In this document: piece after piece, positions 29,541-37,761 of the stretch
Numbering within the stretch: the first letter of the stretch is position 1
How the letters are laid out: every line of letters starts with the position of its first letter
From: Candidatus Omnitrophota bacterium
Lineage (GTDB): Bacteria; Omnitrophota; Gorgyraeia; Pluralincolimonadales; Pluralincolimonadaceae
DNA length: 64,000 nt
NCBI GenBank assembly: GCA_003141835.1
Contig: PLNR01000007.1
Location: 3,639-67,638 of the forward strand
Reading direction: 5' to 3'
Notes under the pieces: model-generated
Seen by the model: the letters and a program-made list of their open reading frames with translations, nothing else
What the model was told of the DNA's origin: nothing
The model's database searches: none
Program-made: the position numbers and the translations under genes

Positions 29541-29569
29541 TTGAAATAACCCTCTGGTTGTGCTAAAAT
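29541..29569 (+). promoter_or_regulatory. sigma70-type promoter of rpsB-tsf-pyrH-frr operon
   Basis: TTGAAA, then a 17-nt spacer, then TAAAAT. It lies about 35 nt upstream of the AGGAGG RBS. Confidence 0.5.
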
Positions 29570-29604
29570 TTTCCCCTTAACCATAATAAAAGGAGGAAGT
29601 TGAA

Positions 29605-30465
29605 TTGGCAGCTACACAGACAATAAAACAGTTACTTGAAGCGGGAGTCCACTTCGGCCACCAGAAGAAGCGCTGGAACCCCAAGATGAAGAAGTTCATC
29701 TTCGGAGAGAAGAATGGGATCTACATAATCGACCTGGAGAAGACCGAAAAGGCGCTGGAGAAGGCGCTCGGATTTTTGAGGGATATAGCCTCAAAAGGCG
29801 ATATAGTCCTGTTCGTGGGGACGAAGAAACAGGCGAAAGACGTCATGAAGGAAGAAGCGCTGCGCAGCGGCATGTTCTACGTGACCGAGCGCTGGCTGGG
29901 CGGGATGCTCACCAACTTCGCGACCTTAAAAAAATCGATAAAAAGGCATAAAGATATCACCCGCATGAGGGAAGACGGCACCATGGAGAAGCTTTCCAAG
30001 AAAGAAGTGGCAAAGCTTACTAAGGAGCAGGCGAAACTCAACCGAAACCTCGAGGGCGTGCTCGATATGGGCAAGGTTCCGGCCGCCATCTTCATAGTCG
30101 ACTCGAAGAAAGAGGAGATAGCCGTCGCCGAAGCAAACAAACTCGGACTTGCGATAATCGGGCTCATAGATACCAACTGCGACCCGGACAAGATAGATTA
30201 CCCGATACCGGGCAACGACGACGCCATACGCTCGATAAAGCTTATTTCGGGCATGGTATCGGACGCGATCATGCAAGGCAGGAAGGCTTTTCTTGACGGC
30301 AAAGCCGCGGAAGAAGCAAGGGCCGCAGCCGAAGCCGGCGAAGAAGAGAAGGTAGTCGTGGATGAAGACGCGGTAGAGGAACTCAAGAAGAAGGTCCTTA
30401 AAGGCAAGAAGACCGCTGAAGAAGAAGCAGTAGCGAAGAAAACCAAAAAAACAACGAAAGTCTAG
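29605..30465 (+). CDS. rpsB: 30S ribosomal protein S2
   Basis: TTG start 8 nt after AGGAGG. S2 pattern ([14 protein letters not shown]) and a lysine-rich C-terminal tail. Confidence 0.9.
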   Translation: MAATQTIKQLLEAGVHFGHQKKRWNPKMKKFIFGEKNGIYIIDLEKTEKALEKALGFLRDIASKGDIVLFVGTKKQAKDVMKEEALRSGMFYVTERWLGGMLTNFATLKKSIKRHKDITRMREDGTMEKLSKKEVAKLTKEQAKLNRNLEGVLDMGKVPAAIFIVDSKKEEIAVAEANKLGLAIIGLIDTNCDPDKIDYPIPGNDDAIRSIKLISGMVSDAIMQGRKAFLDGKAAEEARAAAEAGEEEKVVVDEDAVEELKKKVLKGKKTAEEEAVAKKTKKTTKV

Positions 30466-30469
30466 ATAA

Positions 30470-31715
<1,246 letters not shown>

Positions 31716-31733
31716 AAAGGAGGCGAGGACCGG

Positions 31734-32309
31734 ATGGATTTCGAAGGCCATACCATTAAAGAGATCCTTATCGACGCGGAAGCGAGGATGAGGAAGAGCG
31801 CGGAAGTGCTGGCGCATGAATTTTCTACCGTGCGCACCGGCCGCGCGACACCATCGCTCGTCGACGGAATAAAGGTGGATTATTTTGGTGTCCCGACACC
31901 GCTGAAATCGCTGGCCGCGATATCGACGCCGGACGCAAAACTTATAGTCATCCAGCCGTGGGACGCGTCGATCTGCGGCGAGATCGAGAAAGCTATCCAG
32001 AAATCGGACCTCGGCATCACGCCGGTAAACGACGGCAAGCTCGTGCGCCTGCAGATACCCGACCTTTCGAAAGAGCGCCGCAACGAGCTGGCAAAAGTGG
32101 TCAAAAAGATGACCGAGGACGGCAGGATATCGGTCAGGAACATCCGCCACGCCGCGATAGAGCATATCAAGAAGATCGAAAAAGACAAAGTCATCACCGA
32201 AGACGAGAAGTTCACCGGCCAGGACGCCATCCAGAAGCTGACCGACAAGTATATCGCCAAAGTCGAAGAACTCTTGGCGGCCAAAGATAAAGAGATAACA
32301 GAGATTTAA
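31734..32309 (+). CDS. frr: ribosome recycling factor
   Basis: 191-aa ORF with the RRF pattern (RTGRATPSLVDGIKVDYFG, IPDLSKERR). Confidence 0.9.
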   Translation: MDFEGHTIKEILIDAEARMRKSAEVLAHEFSTVRTGRATPSLVDGIKVDYFGVPTPLKSLAAISTPDAKLIVIQPWDASICGEIEKAIQKSDLGITPVNDGKLVRLQIPDLSKERRNELAKVVKKMTEDGRISVRNIRHAAIEHIKKIEKDKVITEDEKFTGQDAIQKLTDKYIAKVEELLAAKDKEITEI

Positions 32310-32313
32310 AAGT

Positions 32314-32389
32314 GAGCCGCTAGCTCATCCGGTAGAGCAACGGCCTTTTAAGCCGTGGGTGCTGAGTTCAAGTCTCAGGCGGCTCACCA
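32314..32389 (+). tRNA. tRNA-Lys (anticodon UUU)
   Basis: Cloverleaf read by eye. Acceptor GAGCCGC/GCGGCTC, anticodon stem ACGGC/GCCGT with loop CTTTTAA, T-arm GTTCAAGTC, 3' ACCA. The track's serS extension overlaps it. Confidence 0.8.
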
Positions 32390-32402
32390 TTTATTTAATA
32401 CG

Positions 32403-33686
32403 ATGCTCGACCTAAAATTCATAAGAGATAACCCAGAAAAGGTAAAGAAAGCCTGCGAGAACCGCGGCAAACCCGCGGATATCGACGGCCTGCTTGCGCT
32501 TGACGAAAAACGCCGCAGATCCCTCAAGGAGACCGAGGATATAAAACGCAGCAAGAATATCGCCTCCGACGAGATCGCGAAGCTCATGCGCGAGAAGAAG
32601 GATGCTAAAGGCAAGATCGCCGAGATGAAGGCGATATCCGAAAAAGAGAAATCTCTCGACGAGGAGATAAGGGCGGTAGAGAAAGAGATCCAGGCGGCGT
32701 TATATAATATCCCGAACATCCCGCACGAGTCTGTGCCTGTCGGCAAGGACGCCTCTGCAAATAAGATCGTAAAGACGTGGGGCAAGGAGAAAAAACTCGA
32801 TTTTAAGCCGCTAACGCATATCGAGATCGGCGAATATCTCGATATCCTGGATTTCCCGCGCGCCGCGAAGATATCAGGGAGCAATTTCCCGCTTTTTAAA
32901 GGCGACGGCGCGAAACTTGAGCGTTCTTTGATAAATTTTATGCTGGACCTCCACACGAAGGAGCACGGGTACAGGGAGATATTCCCGCCATTTTTGGTCA
33001 ACCGCGCCGCGATGACCGGCACCGGACAGCTCCCGAAATTCGAGGAGGATATGTACCGGCTGAAAGACGAGGACCTCTTTCTTGTCCCGACCGCCGAGGT
33101 GCCCCTAACGAACCTCCATATGAACGAGATACTCGACGGGGAAACCCTCCCGGTCTATTACACGGGCTATACGGCGTGTTTCAGGCGCGAGGCCGGCTCT
33201 TACGGCAAGGATACCAAGGGCTTGATGCGCGTCCACCAATTCGACAAGGTCGAGCTGGTGAAATTCGTGAAACCCGGCACATCCTATGATGAGCTCGAAA
33301 AACTCGTCGGGAACGCCGAAAAGGTCCTCCAGAAACTCGACCTGCAATACAGGATCGTCGCGTTATCTACCGGCGACTTAAGCTTCTCGGCCGCGAAATG
33401 CTATGATTTTGAGGCGTACGCGCCCGGTGTCAACGCCTGGCTTGAAGTCTCGAGCTGCTCCAATTTCGAGGATTTCCAGGCGAGGCGCGCCAACATAAAA
33501 TTCCGCTCCAAGGATACGGGTAAGTCTGAATATGTCCATACGTTGAACGGCTCGGGCGTGGCAATGGCGCGCACGGTCATCGCAATACTCGAGAATTACC
33601 AGAACAAGGACGGCAGCGTGACTATCCCGGAAGTTCTCCGCCCGTATATGGACGGAAGAGACAAAATAGTCCCGCCGAAAAAATAA
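32403..33686 (+). CDS. serS: seryl-tRNA synthetase
   Basis: Start at the internal ATG 32403, just after tRNA-Lys. N-terminal coiled coil plus class II aaRS core (FRREAGS, GSGVAMARTV). Confidence 0.9.
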   Translation: MLDLKFIRDNPEKVKKACENRGKPADIDGLLALDEKRRRSLKETEDIKRSKNIASDEIAKLMREKKDAKGKIAEMKAISEKEKSLDEEIRAVEKEIQAALYNIPNIPHESVPVGKDASANKIVKTWGKEKKLDFKPLTHIEIGEYLDILDFPRAAKISGSNFPLFKGDGAKLERSLINFMLDLHTKEHGYREIFPPFLVNRAAMTGTGQLPKFEEDMYRLKDEDLFLVPTAEVPLTNLHMNEILDGETLPVYYTGYTACFRREAGSYGKDTKGLMRVHQFDKVELVKFVKPGTSYDELEKLVGNAEKVLQKLDLQYRIVALSTGDLSFSAAKCYDFEAYAPGVNAWLEVSSCSNFEDFQARRANIKFRSKDTGKSEYVHTLNGSGVAMARTVIAILENYQNKDGSVTIPEVLRPYMDGRDKIVPPKK

Positions 33687-34357
33687 TGGGCCGCATCACA
33701 AAATTCATCGTCGCGATCCTGGCCATACCTTTCGTAATCTCCGCCTCTTATTCGCTTTACCACGAGATAGGGAAGATCTATTCCGTCGACAACAACCAGT
33801 GGTATTTCCTCCTCGGCATAGTCGTCTACCTGATAATTCACACCGTGCTTTTCAAGCCGAATATCGTCTATATCTTCGGCCACGAGCTGACGCACGCGCT
33901 GGCGATGTTCCTCTCGGCCGGCAAGGTCAAGAGTTTCAAGGTCTCGAAGAAGGGCGGGGAGGTGAAGGGGACGAAGGCCAACCTGTTCATCAGCCTGGCT
34001 CCGTATTTCTTCCCCACGTATACCCTGGTGATCATCCTCATCTGGCACATCGCCAGGCAGATCTGGGACATAAAGGATTTTATCGGAGTATTCCTCTTCG
34101 CGGTCGGGCTGACGCTGACTTTCCATTTCGTCATGACCGTAGAGTTCCTGAAGACAAAACAACCCGACCTGGTCAAGAGCGGTTATCTTTTTTCGATAGT
34201 CCTGATATACCTGATAAATTTGAGCATCGCGGCGCTGATACTGAATTTTGTATTTTTCGATTTCTCGTTCAAGAATTATGCGATAAACGCTTACGAGGTG
34301 GCGAGGGATATCTACCTCTGGCTCTTCCGGCAGATGTTTTCCTTGAGGCGAGCGTAA
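33686..34357 (+). CDS. polytopic membrane protein with HExxH zincin-like motif (DUF3267-like putative membrane metallopeptidase)
   Basis: 223-aa hydrophobic ORF with FGHELTHAL between TM helices. ATG overlaps the serS stop. Confidence 0.5.
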   Translation: MGRITKFIVAILAIPFVISASYSLYHEIGKIYSVDNNQWYFLLGIVVYLIIHTVLFKPNIVYIFGHELTHALAMFLSAGKVKSFKVSKKGGEVKGTKANLFISLAPYFFPTYTLVIILIWHIARQIWDIKDFIGVFLFAVGLTLTFHFVMTVEFLKTKQPDLVKSGYLFSIVLIYLINLSIAALILNFVFFDFSFKNYAINAYEVARDIYLWLFRQMFSLRRA

Positions 34358-34392
34358 GCTATATGATATAGTTGGATAGATCGAACGAGATC

Positions 34393-34472
34393 CCACGGGA
34401 TATGCCCGTGGAAAGCGTGAGATACTTTTGGATATGCCCGAGCATCTATCCCGCGGGATATACCCGCGGGAT
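34393..34472. repeat. cluster of three GGGATAT(G/A)CCCG units forming two GC-rich hairpins (34393-34411 and 34448-34472)
   Basis: Hairpin 1: CCACGGG-atatg-CCCGTGG. Hairpin 2: ATCCCGCGGG-atata-CCCGCGGGAT. A third GGATATGCCCG lies between them. No U-tract follows. Confidence 0.5.
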
Positions 34473-34502
34473 CCTGCTCGCTACCACCAAAATAGAGCGA
34501 GC

Positions 34503-34593
34503 GGAGAGGTGGCTGAGCGGTTGAAAGCGGCAGTCTTGAAAACTGTTGAGGGTGTTATGCCCTCCCCGAGTTCGAATCTCGGCCTCTCCGCCA
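34503..34593 (+). tRNA. tRNA-Ser (anticodon UGA), long variable arm
   Basis: Acceptor GGAGAGG/CCTCTCC, anticodon loop CTTGAAA, long variable arm, T-arm GTTCGAATC, 3' GCCA. Confidence 0.85.
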
Positions 34594-34624
34594 TTTATTA
34601 CTTTAAATATAGGACAGTAACGAG

Positions 34625-35830
34625 ATGAAAAATCTAAATTGTGCAGGGGTTTTGGTCGCGGGAGTGGTCGTTGCCGCCCTGTTTATCGGCGGATGCGGTC
34701 CCGGCCCGTCCCTTTCGAAGACCCTGGAAACCGGATGGCAGGCGTATAAAAGTGATAAGCCTAATTTTAACGGCGGGCTTGCCATGCAGATACTTTCGCC
34801 TAAGAGAAACTATTTTATATCGACAGGCATGGGCGATGTCACTAACGCCTGCCATTTCCGCATAGCGAGCGTCACCAAAACATTTACCGCCGCCGGGATC
34901 ATGCTGCTTAACCAAAAGGGATTGCTTAACATCAACGATAAGATAACGGATAATATCCCGGGCACGAACATCCCTTATTTGCCCGATGCTGCTGCGTATG
35001 ACGTCCCTTATAAAAAAGATATTACGATCAGGATGCTCCTTATGCACCGCGCCGGCATATTCGATATAACCAATAATGATATACCTGATAATAAGTTCTC
35101 CCGCGGCCGTCCGTATGCAGGCAAGGATTATCTCGGCTATATGCTGGGCATAGACGAAAGGCACACTTTTACATTTGACGAATTAGTCGGTATTGATGCC
35201 AAAAACCAATTATCTTTTTTTGAGCCGGGTTCGGCTTACCACTATTCCGATACGGGATATTCGATGCTCGGCAAGATCATCGAGAGGGTCTCCGGAAAGA
35301 CATATGCCGATTTCGTCAAAGAAGAGCTTTTGGTCCCGAATGGCCTTAATGATACCAGCGTCCCGTGGGAAGGTTCGGACCGGGCATTGCCCAAGCCTTT
35401 TGTAAAAGGGTATGTATGGATTAACAGCGCCGTCAAAGACGTCACCGAATCGAATATGTCGCCGCACGTAGCCGAGGGGAACATAACCTCGACTCCCATC
35501 GACCTCGCCAACTGGGGCAAGAAATTGCTGAAGGGAGAGGCCGGTCTCACAAAAACGACCGTTGAGATGATGAAGGCGGAAACGGGCAGGGGGAGCGCAA
35601 AGGCCTCCAGCTACGGCCTCGGGATTTTTTATATTCCCGGGTTCGGCTACGGCCACAACGGCGCCCATGAAGGATATTTGACATATATGGCCTATAATCC
35701 CAAGACGGATGTCGCGATTGTCATGTTCACTAATGCGTGGGACCTGCACAAGGGCTTGGAATCGATAAAGGCCGAATTGGACGTCATGACAAAGATAGCC
35801 GGCGACGTCATGAAAAAGATAGGCTATTGA
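34625..35830 (+). CDS. lipoprotein, beta-lactamase/transpeptidase-fold serine hydrolase (class C beta-lactamase / esterase family)
   Basis: Lipobox (LFIGGCG) and SxxK motif (ASVTKTF). 401 aa. Flanked on both sides by tRNA-Ser genes. Confidence 0.7.
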   Translation: MKNLNCAGVLVAGVVVAALFIGGCGPGPSLSKTLETGWQAYKSDKPNFNGGLAMQILSPKRNYFISTGMGDVTNACHFRIASVTKTFTAAGIMLLNQKGLLNINDKITDNIPGTNIPYLPDAAAYDVPYKKDITIRMLLMHRAGIFDITNNDIPDNKFSRGRPYAGKDYLGYMLGIDERHTFTFDELVGIDAKNQLSFFEPGSAYHYSDTGYSMLGKIIERVSGKTYADFVKEELLVPNGLNDTSVPWEGSDRALPKPFVKGYVWINSAVKDVTESNMSPHVAEGNITSTPIDLANWGKKLLKGEAGLTKTTVEMMKAETGRGSAKASSYGLGIFYIPGFGYGHNGAHEGYLTYMAYNPKTDVAIVMFTNAWDLHKGLESIKAELDVMTKIAGDVMKKIGY

Positions 35831-35842
35831 AATAGAGCGAGC

Positions 35843-35932
35843 GGAGAGTTGGCAGAGCGGTCGAATGCGGCGGTCTCGAAAACCGTTGTCGACGTAAGTC
35901 GACCGGAGGTTCGAATCCTCCACTCTCCGCCA
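35843..35932 (+). tRNA. tRNA-Ser (anticodon CGA), long variable arm
   Basis: Acceptor GGAGAGT/ACTCTCC, anticodon loop CTCGAAA, 3' GCCA. It shares the 14-nt upstream leader AAATAGAGCGAGC with tRNA-Ser(UGA). Confidence 0.85.
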
Positions 35933-36025
35933 TTTTTTCACGACAAGTGAAAAAATGGCGGATGCTGCAACGAGCGTAGCGAGGCGACAAGCCGAGCAGC
36001 GAGTACGGCGCCGCCCCCAAGATTT

Positions 36026-36068
36026 AACGCAACTTATTGAGGGATCGGTAAGTTGCGTTTGTTTTTAT
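36026..36068 (+). terminator. rho-independent terminator downstream of tRNA-Ser(CGA)
   Basis: 10-bp perfect stem AACGCAACTT/AAGTTGCGTT with a 14-nt loop, followed by TGTTTTTAT. Confidence 0.5.
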
Positions 36069-36116
36069 ATGTAGGCGCTTGCTTCCATTTGCTGTTAGTA
36101 GCGCCTAATAATTTAC

Positions 36117-36145
36117 TTGACAAGAAAGAAGCCGCAATATATAAT
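36117..36145 (+). promoter_or_regulatory. consensus sigma70 promoter (TTGACA-N17-TATAAT) for the DUF134 operon
   Basis: Perfect hexamers at 36117-36122 and 36140-36145 with an exact 17-nt spacer. ATG follows at 36177 with an AGAGGAG RBS. Confidence 0.6.
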
Positions 36146-36159
36146 TGGCATATGCCAAT
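36144..36159. promoter_or_regulatory. 16-bp perfect palindrome ATTGGCATATGCCAAT overlapping -10/TSS (candidate operator)
   Basis: It is exactly self-complementary. It lies at the predicted transcription start of the promoter above. Confidence 0.4.
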
Positions 36160-36176
36160 AACTAAAGAGGAGATAT

Positions 36177-36473
36177 ATGACTAGGCCATGCAGATGCAGG
36201 AAAATAAGATGCAGCCCGGGTACGAATTACTTCAAGCCTCGAGGCATCCCTCTGGATATGTTAGAAGAGGTGAACCTTACTTTGGATGAGTTGGAAGCGG
36301 TAAGGCTCGCGGATATGGAAGGGCTGTACCAGGAAGATGCAGCGAAGAAGATGGATGTCTCCCGGCAGACCTTCGGCAATATCATTAATTTAGCCCATAA
36401 AAAAATAGCGGACGCTCTTTTAAATGCCAAGGCGTTGAAGATCGAAGGCGGAACAGTGAGAAAGGTACGTTAA
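36177..36473 (+). CDS. DUF134 (UPF0251) family predicted DNA-binding protein
   Basis: 98-aa ORF with the family-typical pattern (RPCRCRKI..SPGTNYFKPRGIP...LTLDELEAVRLAD.EGL.QEDAAKKM.VSRQTF). Confidence 0.75.
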   Translation: MTRPCRCRKIRCSPGTNYFKPRGIPLDMLEEVNLTLDELEAVRLADMEGLYQEDAAKKMDVSRQTFGNIINLAHKKIADALLNAKALKIEGGTVRKVR

Positions 36474-37070
36474 ATGGAAGGCTTGACAAAACAGGACCGG
36501 GACAGATTGAAACTGTTCAAGAAATACGGCTATGACATCCCGAAAGCAAGGGGTTTTATCCTCAGGAAGGCCGGGTTAGACAAAGGCAGTATTTTAGAGA
36601 TCGGCACCGGAAGGGGGCATATGGCCATTGCCTTAGCGAAAAAGGGCTTTAGGGTGGTATCAATAGACCTGGATAATGATGCGCAAAAGGCTGCCGGATC
36701 AAATCTCAAGGCTCTCGGGCTTGATAAGCTAGTGACCCTGAAAATAATGGATGCCGGAGTCTTGAAATTTAAAGACAGTTCTTTTGAAAATGCGATCTCG
36801 GTCAATTTTCTTCATCACGCGAAAGCCCCGGTCAAATGCCTTAAAGAGATGGCCAGGGTATCTGGAAATAAGCTGGTAATCGCGGATTTCAACCGGAAGG
36901 GTGAACGGATAGCGGAAAAGATACACGGGATGGAAGGCCATACACATCCGCGCTCTAGATTGTCTCCGGGTTCAATAGCGGCATTATTAAGGAAGTTGGG
37001 CATGAATGTAATTAAACACAATGACAGCTGTCAGTATGTTCTGATAGCAACGAAAGGAGAAACAAAATGA
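36474..37070 (+). CDS. class I SAM-dependent methyltransferase
   Basis: SAM-binding motif I (ILEIGTGRGHMA) and an acidic motif II (VVSIDLD). 198 aa. Confidence 0.7.
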   Translation: MEGLTKQDRDRLKLFKKYGYDIPKARGFILRKAGLDKGSILEIGTGRGHMAIALAKKGFRVVSIDLDNDAQKAAGSNLKALGLDKLVTLKIMDAGVLKFKDSSFENAISVNFLHHAKAPVKCLKEMARVSGNKLVIADFNRKGERIAEKIHGMEGHTHPRSRLSPGSIAALLRKLGMNVIKHNDSCQYVLIATKGETK

Positions 37071-37432
37071 GGATATGCATACCTACGGAAACAAATGAAG
37101 GTAAAACCGCAAAGACGTTCGGTCATTTCGGCAGCGCGCCGTATTTTACCATCGTTGATACGGAGAAAGATACCGTAGAGATCATTGACAATGAAAATCA
37201 GCACCATGCGCACGGTATGTGCCAGCCAATGAATGCTTTAATTGGTAAGAAGATTGACGCAGTGGTTACCGGCGGAATGGGCGGCCGTGTGGTTCAAAAG
37301 CTAAACGAGGGCGGGATCAAGGCTTATCGGGCTATTCAGGGAACAGTCGCAGATATTGTCAGCCAGTTCGCCAAAGGCGGGCTCGAGGAGATAACTGTTC
37401 AGAATGCCTGCGCGCAGCACGGGTGCCATTAA
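37067..37432 (+). CDS. dinitrogenase FeMo-cofactor-binding domain protein (NifX/NafY/NifB-C-terminal-like)
   Basis: 121-aa ORF with FGHFGSAPYFTIVD and GGMGGRVVQKL motifs typical of the Nitro_FeMo-Co family. Confidence 0.75.
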   Translation: MRICIPTETNEGKTAKTFGHFGSAPYFTIVDTEKDTVEIIDNENQHHAHGMCQPMNALIGKKIDAVVTGGMGGRVVQKLNEGGIKAYRAIQGTVADIVSQFAKGGLEEITVQNACAQHGCH

Positions 37433-37623
37433 AGATGAATAAAATTGTCATCATTGATGAGGAAAAATGTATTGGTTGCGGCGCATGCGTTAAATTGTGT
37501 CCGAGGAAAATTTTGTTTATTGACGGCTCAAGTAACAAGTGTGGGGTGAGCGATGAATCAAAATGCGATCGCCGTCGCGGGTGCGAGAAAGTTTGTCCGG
37601 TGGAAGCTATAAAGATTAGCTGA
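37423..37623 (+). CDS. small 4Fe-4S ferredoxin-type protein
   Basis: CIGCGACVKLCP motif plus a second, atypical Cys cluster. The start may instead be the ATG at 37435. Confidence 0.65.
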   Translation: MPLKMNKIVIIDEEKCIGCGACVKLCPRKILFIDGSSNKCGVSDESKCDRRRGCEKVCPVEAIKIS

Positions 37624-37624
37624 C

Positions 37625-37649
37625 AAAACTGTACGATTCCTGTATAGCG
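37625..37649 (+). repeat. intergenic motif AAAACTGTACGATTCCTGTATAGCG (copy A; copy B at 44892-44916)
   Basis: 24 of 25 nt are identical to 44892-44916. Both copies begin a few nt after a stop codon. A truncated relative (AAAACTGTATAG) is at 39574-39585. Confidence 0.5.
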
Positions 37650-37709
37650 AGCAGCTTGTATTAACGTAATTTATTTATTATAATGACGTTGGAAGCGGAG
37701 ATGTTCTGC

Positions 37710-37726
37710 TCCTCCACTCTCCGCCA
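37710..37726 (+). repeat. 17-nt direct repeat of the tRNA-Ser(CGA) 3' end (att-like)
   Basis: TCCTCCACTCTCCGCCA is identical to 35916-35932. Confidence 0.55.
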
Positions 37727-37761
37727 GAGATTCGTTACTATAAAGAGAACCCATTCCTATA

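Noticed and set aside
32355-32402. N-terminal extensions of track ORFs for serS (from 32355) and tadA (from 63225)
   Set aside because: The extensions run through the tRNA-Lys and tRNA-Arg genes respectively. Internal ATGs with proper spacing give canonical SerRS and TadA N-termini.
33596-34396. 266-aa minus-strand ORF
   Set aside because: It overlaps the plus-strand HExxH membrane protein, which has coherent TM helices. The minus translation is charged low-complexity with no motif.
37625-37649. CTGTA-containing motif as a LexA/SOS box
   Set aside because: There is no inverted ACAG half-site. The two CTGTA elements are direct repeats, not inverted.
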